Source of the DNA: a virus
Strand: one strand, 5' to 3'
DNA length: 64,000 nucleotides
Virus record (IMG/VR): IMGVR_UViG_3300037587_000516
Coordinates: 23,127-87,126 of that record
In this document: positions 57,726 to 64,000 of the stretch, piece by piece
Numbering within the stretch: the first letter of the stretch is position 1
Layout: each line of letters starts with the position of its first letter
Program-made: the position numbers and the translations under genes
Notes under the pieces: generated by a model
Told to the model about the DNA's origin: nothing
Database searches by the model: none
What the model saw: only the letters and a program-made list of their open reading frames with translations

Positions 57726-57995
57726 ATGAAAACAATAAAGCTAGGTGACTATTGGGATAGGCCGGATAATTTTACAGGGATTGTTGAAGACCGATACGAC
57801 AATAAGTATTGGTGTTTGAATGGCAAAAGACATAGAGTTGACGGACCTGCAATTGAATGGTCAGATGGAGATAAGGAATGGTTTATGAATGGTGAGCAGA
57901 TAACAGAGGAAGATCATGCTAAAAGAACAGCGTGGACCAAAACTACGCTAGGTAAGTTGATATTCAATGAGCATTTTAAATTGGAGAGCACATGA
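57726..57995 (+). CDS. HRVDGPA-repeat family protein, copy 14/15 (MKTIK-type, 1 unit)
   Basis: ATG 57726 with GGAGGAG SD, in frame with upstream GTG 57603. Confidence 0.88.
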   Translation: MKTIKLGDYWDRPDNFTGIVEDRYDNKYWCLNGKRHRVDGPAIEWSDGDKEWFMNGEQITEEDHAKRTAWTKTTLGKLIFNEHFKLEST

Positions 57996-58258
57996 AAAAA
58001 GCATTAATTATCGCAGGGTTAGTCATTGGGCTAGCATTTGGTGTAGTTGGGGTATCAAAGGCCATCGGTGTAGTATCCCAGGTTACTACAGTAATAACAC
58101 AAGTTGCGGTAATCACCGAAGCAATGGACAGGCAGAAGGCCAAGCTCGCTAAGTTTGAGAAAACGGTAGGCGACCTGACAAAGAAGATAGATAAGCTGAA
58201 GGAAATCAAAATCCCCAGCCCACCAAAAGCACCAAAGCTTCCGAGTATCAGCATATGA
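57992..58258 (+). CDS. membrane-anchored coiled-coil protein
   Basis: N-terminal TM, Pro-rich tail; near lysis-type genes. Confidence 0.65.
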   Translation: MKKALIIAGLVIGLAFGVVGVSKAIGVVSQVTTVITQVAVITEAMDRQKAKLAKFEKTVGDLTKKIDKLKEIKIPSPPKAPKLPSISI

Positions 58259-58602
58259 AGTACGTCATATTTGCATTTGTACTAATATATAGTATAGAAG
58301 TGTTTCCTGACCGGACCCCGATTGACCAGATACTGAGAACCATCGAAACGTCAACCGGGTGCAAAATGATAGTCACATCAGGATTTCGCACAAAGGCTCA
58401 TAATACTAGAGTAGGCGGAGCTAAGAACAGTTTTCATCTATATGGAAGAGCATTGGATATTGTGCCTAAGGACAAAAAGTGTATTAGTATTAAGAAGTTG
58501 GGCAAGATTGCTTGTAAGATTACCTCTGTAATAACATACAAGTACCATGCCCATATCGACAACAGAGCCAAGCCGCTCTGTATCTTGGGCAGGTATAAAT
58601 GA
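58255..58602 (+). CDS. Peptidase M15 (D-Ala-D-Ala carboxypeptidase-like), candidate endolysin
   Basis: VTSGFRT..HN..VGGA.NSFHL.GRALD...HAHID; hydrophobic N-terminus. Confidence 0.85.
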   Translation: MKYVIFAFVLIYSIEVFPDRTPIDQILRTIETSTGCKMIVTSGFRTKAHNTRVGGAKNSFHLYGRALDIVPKDKKCISIKKLGKIACKITSVITYKYHAHIDNRAKPLCILGRYK

Positions 58603-58871
58603 AAACAATAAAACTAAGCACAACCGAAAAAACTCCGGATAATTTCACAGGAATTATAGAAGAGCCAGATGGTAATAAGTATTGGTTTTTAAATGGTAAG
58701 GAACATAGGGTTGACGGACCTGCTGTTGAATTTGCTGATGGTACTATTAAGAAGTGGTATTTGAATGGTATGAAAGTGACAGAAAAAGAGCATATTAAAA
58801 GAACAGCTTATTTAAGAACTACTTTGGGCAAATTGATATTCAATGAGCATTTTAAATTGGAGGACACATGA
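58599..58871 (+). CDS. HRVDGPA-repeat family protein, copy 15/15 (MKTIK-type, 1 unit)
   Basis: Conserved unit and tail. Confidence 0.9.
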   Translation: MKTIKLSTTEKTPDNFTGIIEEPDGNKYWFLNGKEHRVDGPAVEFADGTIKKWYLNGMKVTEKEHIKRTAYLRTTLGKLIFNEHFKLEDT

Positions 58872-59422
58872 TAAGGTATGTATTCTGTAAAGATAGGATA
58901 GCGTATAGTGTTTTTATTAACACTCTACTTACTAGAGGAGTTGACGTCGTTGACTACATGTACGCTTCTAGGTCTGATTTTGTTCACGGAATGTTGGTTG
59001 GTGCTTATAAGGTTGTAATCCTTGGGTCATTTGCATCCAATCCTGATTTTGAAGAGATTAAGGAGCTGTTAAGGTCTGAAGGATATACTGGCGGATTTCC
59101 AGGAACTCCTCGATTTGGACGTGGGGGAGTTCTTCCTCCTGGTATAACTGGTCACGACACCGTACAAATCGTATATACTAATATCGGGGACTTTGTGTCC
59201 AGAGAGCAACCAGATTACACAACAATAGGAGTGGACCCTTCTTTTAGATTTACCGCCCCAACCTCAGGAACGTACACGTCTCACACAATAACAGTCCCTG
59301 GCGGCACTAATAACACGACTATTGATATCCCAGATAGCTTGGTGCCAGACGAATATTCGTCTGGTATTCATCAGCAGCTGTATCAAGAGCTGCTTGACCT
59401 ACAAGGAGAAGACGATGTTTGA
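58868..59422 (+). CDS. hypothetical protein
   Basis: GGAGGA SD from upstream repeat gene. Confidence 0.6.
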   Translation: MIRYVFCKDRIAYSVFINTLLTRGVDVVDYMYASRSDFVHGMLVGAYKVVILGSFASNPDFEEIKELLRSEGYTGGFPGTPRFGRGGVLPPGITGHDTVQIVYTNIGDFVSREQPDYTTIGVDPSFRFTAPTSGTYTSHTITVPGGTNNTTIDIPDSLVPDEYSSGIHQQLYQELLDLQGEDDV

Positions 59423-59645
59423 GTTAATTGGCAAAGGTGTGGTATTTATAGGCACATCTATATATAGTATGGTTTTATCGTTTTTAATTTGGCAATTGTC
59501 GATTGCAAGAATTGCGCGTGCAAAAATCCTACAGTTTCCTATTGAGTCGGACGAATCTTCAGAAGATACTCTTCATAGATATATCAAGTTCTTCCAGAAA
59601 AAGCAACTGCCTACCAAGAAAAACACACCTGGGAGAGTGTCATGA
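59415..59645 (+). CDS. membrane hypothetical protein
   Basis: ATG 59415 with AAGGAG SD; TM segment. Confidence 0.6.
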   Translation: MFELIGKGVVFIGTSIYSMVLSFLIWQLSIARIARAKILQFPIESDESSEDTLHRYIKFFQKKQLPTKKNTPGRVS

Positions 59646-59845
59646 TGGGACGCAACTGCTCCGAGGTTAAATTAACAGGAGAAATTAAATACAGAAGTGG
59701 GTGGTTTGGCAAAGTAATTCTTCAAGTAGAGATTGTTGTAGAGAGTCAGGATGAATATTCTCTAGCTACTCATGAATATAACGATTGGCGGGATGCGAGA
59801 ATTGAAGACATGTCTTTTATAATCAAATTTAACAACAATATGTAG
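59642..59845 (+). CDS. hypothetical protein
   Basis: R.GWFGK.ILQVE...WRDA..ED motif common in small phage proteins. Confidence 0.7.
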   Translation: MMGRNCSEVKLTGEIKYRSGWFGKVILQVEIVVESQDEYSLATHEYNDWRDARIEDMSFIIKFNNNM

Positions 59846-60219
59846 AGTGTATAAATTAATTGGACACAGAAGTTACATATGTTCGTTAGTATTTAGACAT
59901 AAAGAACAACACCTCGATATGCAGTATTCTGTTGTCTATTCATCCCAAAGAACGGAGAGGTTCCATTCTGGGCTCAAATTCACCAATTATTATAAGATCC
60001 CGGCCTAGTATCGGCACACAGATGCTCCAAAATCGTTCGAGGATTGGATCTAAGGGCTTTTTAGGCAAAATGTGACCCTATGTATGGCTTGTGGTGTAAA
60101 ACTCGTACACGGCGGCCTGGGCAGTGCGCCCAAACCTCATAAAATTAAAATGTAGTGGATTTTTGAGCATAAAAATACAACGGTGTATTAATTAGCCCGG
60201 CATTATGTTGGTATATTTA

Positions 60220-60471
60220 CTAGTATTTCTTGTAACCAGCATCTCTAATTGCTTGACGGCGAGCTTTTGTTTGTTTTTTGCGATCTTCAGCGTCAGGATC
60301 ACTAGCTAGATCTCGCTTACTCATCGCTTTTTGCATTTCTGCAAGCTTAGAGTGGGTCTTTTCTTGGCGCTCTTTTTTAGTTCCCTTTAAGTATTCATGA
60401 TCTACTGGCTTTTTTTTCTTTTCTTCTTCAATGTAAGTCCCTCTTAATTTGGACCATTTTACTTTGGGCAT
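60220..60471 (-). CDS. basic hypothetical protein
   Basis: MPKVKW start with AAGGA SD, downstream of TAACAACT motif. Confidence 0.6.
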   Translation of the reverse strand: MPKVKWSKLRGTYIEEEKKKKPVDHEYLKGTKKERQEKTHSKLAEMQKAMSKRDLASDPDAEDRKKQTKARRQAIRDAGYKKY

Positions 60472-60534
60472 CTCATATCCTTTTAAAAATCTATATATTA
60501 TCACTTCGTCAAGGCATTGGTTGTTGTTCAGCCT

Positions 60535-60549
60535 TATATATAGTTGTTA
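60535..60549 (-). promoter_or_regulatory. TAACAACT motif (candidate late promoter)
   Basis: TAACAACTATATATA. Confidence 0.6.
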
Positions 60550-60673
60550 GAAGTATCGTAGTATTAGGGCAAACGAAGAGCATTGCAGATCCTCTCAAAC
60601 TCTTTTAGCTCTTCTGGCGTCATGTCTTCTGGTCGTTTTACCTGTGATTTCGTGGGCTTATCTGAGTTTTCGC

Positions 60674-60928
60674 TCACTTCTGGTCTTCTCTCAGCGTTAC
60701 ATTTCCATATACTGGGCAGTATTCTTTGTGTAGGTTGTTATTGCTATCAGCAATTTGCCCACCACATTCACACCTTGGCCCAACCTCAGGCTTTGATATT
60801 GCTAGCTCATATCCAATCCACGCATCTAATGTGTCGTTGGTCCCGGCAGGAAGGGGACTTGGCTTTGCTGTCTCTTTTGGTAGAAGAGTTCCTCCCCAAA
60901 AGTCAGCTAAATCTATGTCATCACTCAT
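60674..60928 (-). CDS. hypothetical protein with CECG...H...CP zinc-finger-like motif
   Basis: GGAG SD; RCECGG...HKEYCP. Confidence 0.65.
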   Translation of the reverse strand: MSDDIDLADFWGGTLLPKETAKPSPLPAGTNDTLDAWIGYELAISKPEVGPRCECGGQIADSNNNLHKEYCPVYGNVTLREDQK

Positions 60929-61017
60929 TTAATCTCCATTCCACGTTGTGTTCCGGTTAGTCGGATTTACTTCGTAATCCTCCCAATGCCGACTAATCGT
61001 ATACATTGGACCCGCGA

Positions 61018-61167
61018 CTATTTTTTAACCCTTCGCGCCTTTACTTTACGCTTCCTTGTGATATTTCTATCATGAATGACATCTTGTAGTGCATCAATTA
61101 GTATATCCGGAGAAAGGGGAGCCCGCGCCAATTGTTCCTCTTTTGATAATTTGGGTTTTTTCTTCAT
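61018..61167 (-). CDS. small basic protein (49 aa, not in ORF track)
   Basis: AGGAG SD behind minus-strand promoter. Confidence 0.5.
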   Translation of the reverse strand: MKKKPKLSKEEQLARAPLSPDILIDALQDVIHDRNITRKRKVKARRVKK

Positions 61168-61189
61168 ACTATTCTCCTAAGTTGCCTTT

Positions 61190-61250
61190 AGAATAGCACA
61201 TCCCAAGCATAAAGTCAAGTCTTGACAAATACTAAATAGTATGTTAGTAT
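61190..61250. promoter_or_regulatory. back-to-back divergent sigma70-type promoters
   Basis: Minus: TTGACT-17-TATTCT (61218-61190). Plus: TTGACA-17-TAGTAT (61222-61250). Confidence 0.7.
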
Positions 61251-61256
61251 AGTGGT

Positions 61257-61505
61257 ATGAATGAATTTGAATATAAAGGCAAGACCGTTAGACAGATGTA
61301 CGACTCAACTACAGAGAGATACTCATATATATGCGATGGTAAGTTGCTAAAAACGATACGTGAATTGGAAATCCACATACAACCCAGCTACTTAGCGCAA
61401 TCTAATAAGAAGAAGCCCGCGAAGAGCGGTAAGAAAAAACAGGGGATGCCGGATAAGGGCAATCCCCAGGAACCTTTTCTACGCTTGGTAGATAGGCAAA
61501 AATAG
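61257..61505 (+). CDS. hypothetical protein, probably leaderless
   Basis: ATG six nt after -10 box, no SD. Confidence 0.6.
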   Translation: MNEFEYKGKTVRQMYDSTTERYSYICDGKLLKTIRELEIHIQPSYLAQSNKKKPAKSGKKKQGMPDKGNPQEPFLRLVDRQK

Positions 61506-61632
61506 AGGTCTCTAGCGTTTTATACCTGCTATAACCTCTCCGAGTTACGCCCATGCCCTGAACATAACCAGTGTGGTAACCGAAATCACCATGGGGGCCG
61601 GGCATCAGCATATTCCCAAAAGTTATTCGGAT
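61496..61632 (-). ncRNA. candidate structured small RNA
   Basis: Begins right after a TAACAACT motif; folds into a long irregular hairpin with UUCG apical loop, then a second hairpin and U5. Confidence 0.55.
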
Positions 61633-61633
61633 G

Positions 61634-61648
61634 TATATTTAGTTGTTA
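61634..61648 (-). promoter_or_regulatory. TAACAACT motif (candidate late promoter)
   Basis: TAACAACTAAATATA. Confidence 0.65.
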
Positions 61649-61773
61649 GAACAGAACATTGTTGCGAATACTGCACATAGTGCAAATACAAAGACCTCTC
61701 CAGGAGCTACCGCAGCGCATATAGCAACCGCCCCCCAAATCCCAAACACCGCTATTCCTGATCCTATTGTCAT
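61639..61773 (-). CDS. small hydrophobic protein (44 aa, not in ORF track)
   Basis: GGAGGT SD; MTIGSGIAVFGIWGAVAICA... Confidence 0.55.
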   Translation of the reverse strand: MTIGSGIAVFGIWGAVAICAAVAPGEVFVFALCAVFATMFCSNN

Positions 61774-61968
61774 CTATTTACCTCCAAGTAGTTGTTTTTT
61801 ATTAAGAATACAGTGAGGTAATAACATAGCTCTAGGAAACGTGGTCCTAGTCGTGCACTTTACATAATACTGCTGGCATTCTAAAATGCCCTTATCTGGT
61901 GCTTTGCTGTATGCACTTACCCCAGGACTTGCACATAACATTGCTATTGCTAATACTAGTTCTGACAT
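61774..61968 (-). CDS. small Cys-containing secreted-type protein
   Basis: LAIAMLC...CQQYYVKC; abuts neighbours. Confidence 0.6.
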   Translation of the reverse strand: MSELVLAIAMLCASPGVSAYSKAPDKGILECQQYYVKCTTRTTFPRAMLLPHCILNKKQLLGGK

Positions 61969-62163
61969 CTATTCCTTCTTTCCGCATGTCGCGTGATAAT
62001 CTAAGCTATTGTTTTTAGTGAACTTCTTAAGATGCCACTGCTTGCCATACAGCGTTGTGCATCTCTTAGAGGCCTGTGAGCACATCTTTAGATCTAGCAC
62101 GACCCACGGCATGGAGGACAGGTTAATTAGTATGGCGGCTGCACAGCTGATCATTTTGGACAC
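61969..62163 (-). CDS. small Cys-containing protein
   Basis: GGAG SD; A.KRC...Y....LKKF.K.....YHATCG. Confidence 0.6.
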   Translation of the reverse strand: MSKMISCAAAILINLSSMPWVVLDLKMCSQASKRCTTLYGKQWHLKKFTKNNSLDYHATCGKKE

Positions 62164-62495
62164 TCCATTTCTTTTTTTAGGTTCATTCTATTGTGAATTT
62201 CCGCCACATAATCGAATCGGGTCCACCCATAACATTGTAATGAATTCACGCAGTTATCCTTATCAAACACATCGCAGACTACTGAAATTGTGCATTTTTC
62301 TAATCCTCTCTCATTTCCTTTTTTCCATGTGTGAATGTGACCAGCCCAATGCCTAAAGCATTTGTTTAGGTATTTCTCAGCAGCGGGTCTCGAGGCTTGA
62401 ACTTTTTGTTCTAGTATTTTATTGTCCGCCAGTATGTCCTCAGCACTTGGAGAGCACCCAACCAGCAATAATGACAGTAATATTAAATACTTCAT
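62151..62495 (-). CDS. putative lipoprotein
   Basis: MKYLILLSLLLVGC lipobox; AAGGAG SD. Confidence 0.7.
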   Translation of the reverse strand: MKYLILLSLLLVGCSPSAEDILADNKILEQKVQASRPAAEKYLNKCFRHWAGHIHTWKKGNERGLEKCTISVVCDVFDKDNCVNSLQCYGWTRFDYVAEIHNRMNLKKEMECPK

Positions 62496-62517
62496 ATAAT
62501 CTCCTTTGTATATAACC

Positions 62518-62601
62518 ACACTACCATACTAGTGTATTAAAAGCAAGGGCTATTTAAAAAAATATATGGGGCTTGACATTTTAATAAGGCTGTGCTACAG
62601 T
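62518..62601. promoter_or_regulatory. divergent sigma70-type promoters
   Basis: Minus: TTGCTT-17-TAGTGT (62546-62518). Plus: TTGACA-17-TACAGT (62573-62601). Confidence 0.65.
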
Positions 62602-62621
62602 ATTAGTATAAGGAGTAAGTT

Positions 62622-62816
62622 ATGAAAAAGATAATATTGTTTTCCCAGACCTACTGTGTTGAATCATTGAATGACCTTCAGCGCGATATAGTTGAGTCGT
62701 TAGACCCAAGATTCAACGATACAGTGAATTATCTGCCAGAAGGTGAGCACGGGCTCATTCCCGGCACATTTAAAGTAACGATGGAATGGACTCCTGACGA
62801 AGATGGGGATAACTAG
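62622..62816 (+). CDS. hypothetical protein
   Basis: TAAGGAG SD. Confidence 0.7.
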   Translation: MKKIILFSQTYCVESLNDLQRDIVESLDPRFNDTVNYLPEGEHGLIPGTFKVTMEWTPDEDGDN

Positions 62817-63101
62817 ATGAAAATACTAATGATTTTAATATTGGGCACACTATTAACAGGCTGCGACCCTTATGTTGATAAGTATGGAATAACAGGTGAG
62901 GTTACGGTTAGTGGATTTAATTCTAAAGAAGGCGCAGTAATATCAGTTAGGAGCAAGGCTTTGGTAATATGTAAAAGAAATGGATATACGTCTATCAGAG
63001 AACTTAGTATTGTTACTGTAGGTAATAGCAGTCCAAAGTTTGGCGCGATCTTTATAGGAGAGTGTTATGGGAAAGTGAAGGGTAAAGATGAGAATAATTA
63101 A
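62817..63101 (+). CDS. putative lipoprotein
   Basis: MKILMILILGTLLTGC lipobox. Confidence 0.7.
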   Translation: MKILMILILGTLLTGCDPYVDKYGITGEVTVSGFNSKEGAVISVRSKALVICKRNGYTSIRELSIVTVGNSSPKFGAIFIGECYGKVKGKDENN

Positions 63102-63303
63102 AGGGTTAGCCGGAATGTTTATTGGGGTGTGTATATCAATCATCATGCCATTCATATTGGCATATACTTGCTATAAGCAAGATAAATGGCCCACAGACGA
63201 AGCATATGTTGAAGAAGCTGGTGGTATTTGTAGAGAACCATTAGCCCCGCCTATGCTAACGGAGGAAGACATGGTACTACTTGAAGAGGATGAGGATATT
63301 TAG
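63088..63303 (+). CDS. membrane hypothetical protein
   Basis: N-terminal TM, acidic tail. Confidence 0.6.
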   Translation: MRIIKGLAGMFIGVCISIIMPFILAYTCYKQDKWPTDEAYVEEAGGICREPLAPPMLTEEDMVLLEEDEDI

Positions 63304-63750
63304 ATGAAACCCTGGTATAGCCAACCTGTTACAGATGAGGACGTCAAAGAAGCCAGGGGCTTCCTAGCCGTATTTGGGGCCAGGCTGCACATCAGACCAG
63401 TTTCGGGTGGAGGCGAAGTCAACGTAGATACTAGGCTAATTACAATATCCCCACTAGAAAAGAAATACATCTCCTCGTTCTGGAGCCTCATTCTACACGA
63501 GCTACAGCACATACTGTGCTTCCAGGCCGGGCTATATAAGAACTTCCATAATTATAAGGAACACCTCACTGCCGCTGAGACGCGCAGGTTCAGGCGCATT
63601 GCGCTTAAGGCAGAACTATTTGTGGATAAACGTGCGGAATTAATGATGATTGACTACTTCCCTGGTGTGCCGTATTGCGGCGTATATAGAAATGCTGGGG
63701 AAATAAAGTGGTTCCGTGAGAACTATTTGGATAAATACTATAAAGGATAA
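63304..63750 (+). CDS. HExxH metallopeptidase-like protein
   Basis: LILHELQH...AELFVDKRA. Confidence 0.65.
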   Translation: MKPWYSQPVTDEDVKEARGFLAVFGARLHIRPVSGGGEVNVDTRLITISPLEKKYISSFWSLILHELQHILCFQAGLYKNFHNYKEHLTAAETRRFRRIALKAELFVDKRAELMMIDYFPGVPYCGVYRNAGEIKWFRENYLDKYYKG

Positions 63751-63754
63751 GTGT

Positions 63755-63934
63755 ATGAAAATACTAGAGAATGTAACGACAGTGCTACTTGCCATATTGT
63801 CTGTGGCTTTAATTATGGGAGTCCTTTTTGGTCCTCTGCTAGTGACTCTTTATTTGGGGGATTCAGCCCCTGACTGGCTTGTTCTAGTATCGCTTGGTTG
63901 GGCATTTGTTTTGTCTGGGGCGGTGATGACATGA
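63755..63934 (+). CDS. two-TM membrane protein
   Basis: ATG 63755 with AAGGA SD; hydrophobic. Confidence 0.6.
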   Translation: MKILENVTTVLLAILSVALIMGVLFGPLLVTLYLGDSAPDWLVLVSLGWAFVLSGAVMT

Positions 63935-64000
63935 AATTACGGTGGTATGTAGAAGAAGAATGGAGAGTAACGGGAGATATTAATTGGGATGGGGAGACTT

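Noticed and set aside
4571-58871. Diversity-generating retroelement as the source of repeat-family variation
   Set aside because: No reverse transcriptase in the window, no non-coding template repeat, and differences between copies are not confined to adenines. An RT outside the window cannot be excluded.
59846-60219. tRNA or genome terminus in the convergent gap
   Set aside because: No cloverleaf with T-loop GTTCRA and acceptor stem and no terminal repeat seen; part of it may be a 53-aa ORF (59847-60008) with weak support.

Overview
This window is most of the genome of a tailed dsDNA phage with podovirus-like architecture, read with the standard genetic code. The + strand (1-27.6 kb and most of 56.3-64 kb) carries early/middle genes behind TTGACA-17-TAnnnT sigma70-type promoters. 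These include class II RNR (5'-truncated), a BCS1-like AAA ATPase, a Cas4-like exonuclease, ERF, a primase-helicase, a nucleotidyltransferase, family A DNA polymerase, pyrophosphatase, a phosphoesterase, dUTPase, a ClpP-like protease, HNH nucleases and lysis-type genes. The - strand (27.6-56.3 kb) is the virion module: terminase, portal, scaffold, capsid, tail fibre, adaptor, nozzle and ejection proteins. The most striking features are: (1) 15 dispersed paralogues of a small HRVDGPA-repeat gene with variable positions, shuffled modules and a constant C-terminal tail whose codons supply the ribosome-binding site of the next gene; (2) a phage-specific TAACAACT motif at 7 minus-strand sites (candidate late promoter); (3) two candidate structured small RNAs; (4) a duplicated twin-hairpin RNA element with compensatory changes upstream of the scaffold gene and its neighbour. 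All calls are by eye; no database search was run.
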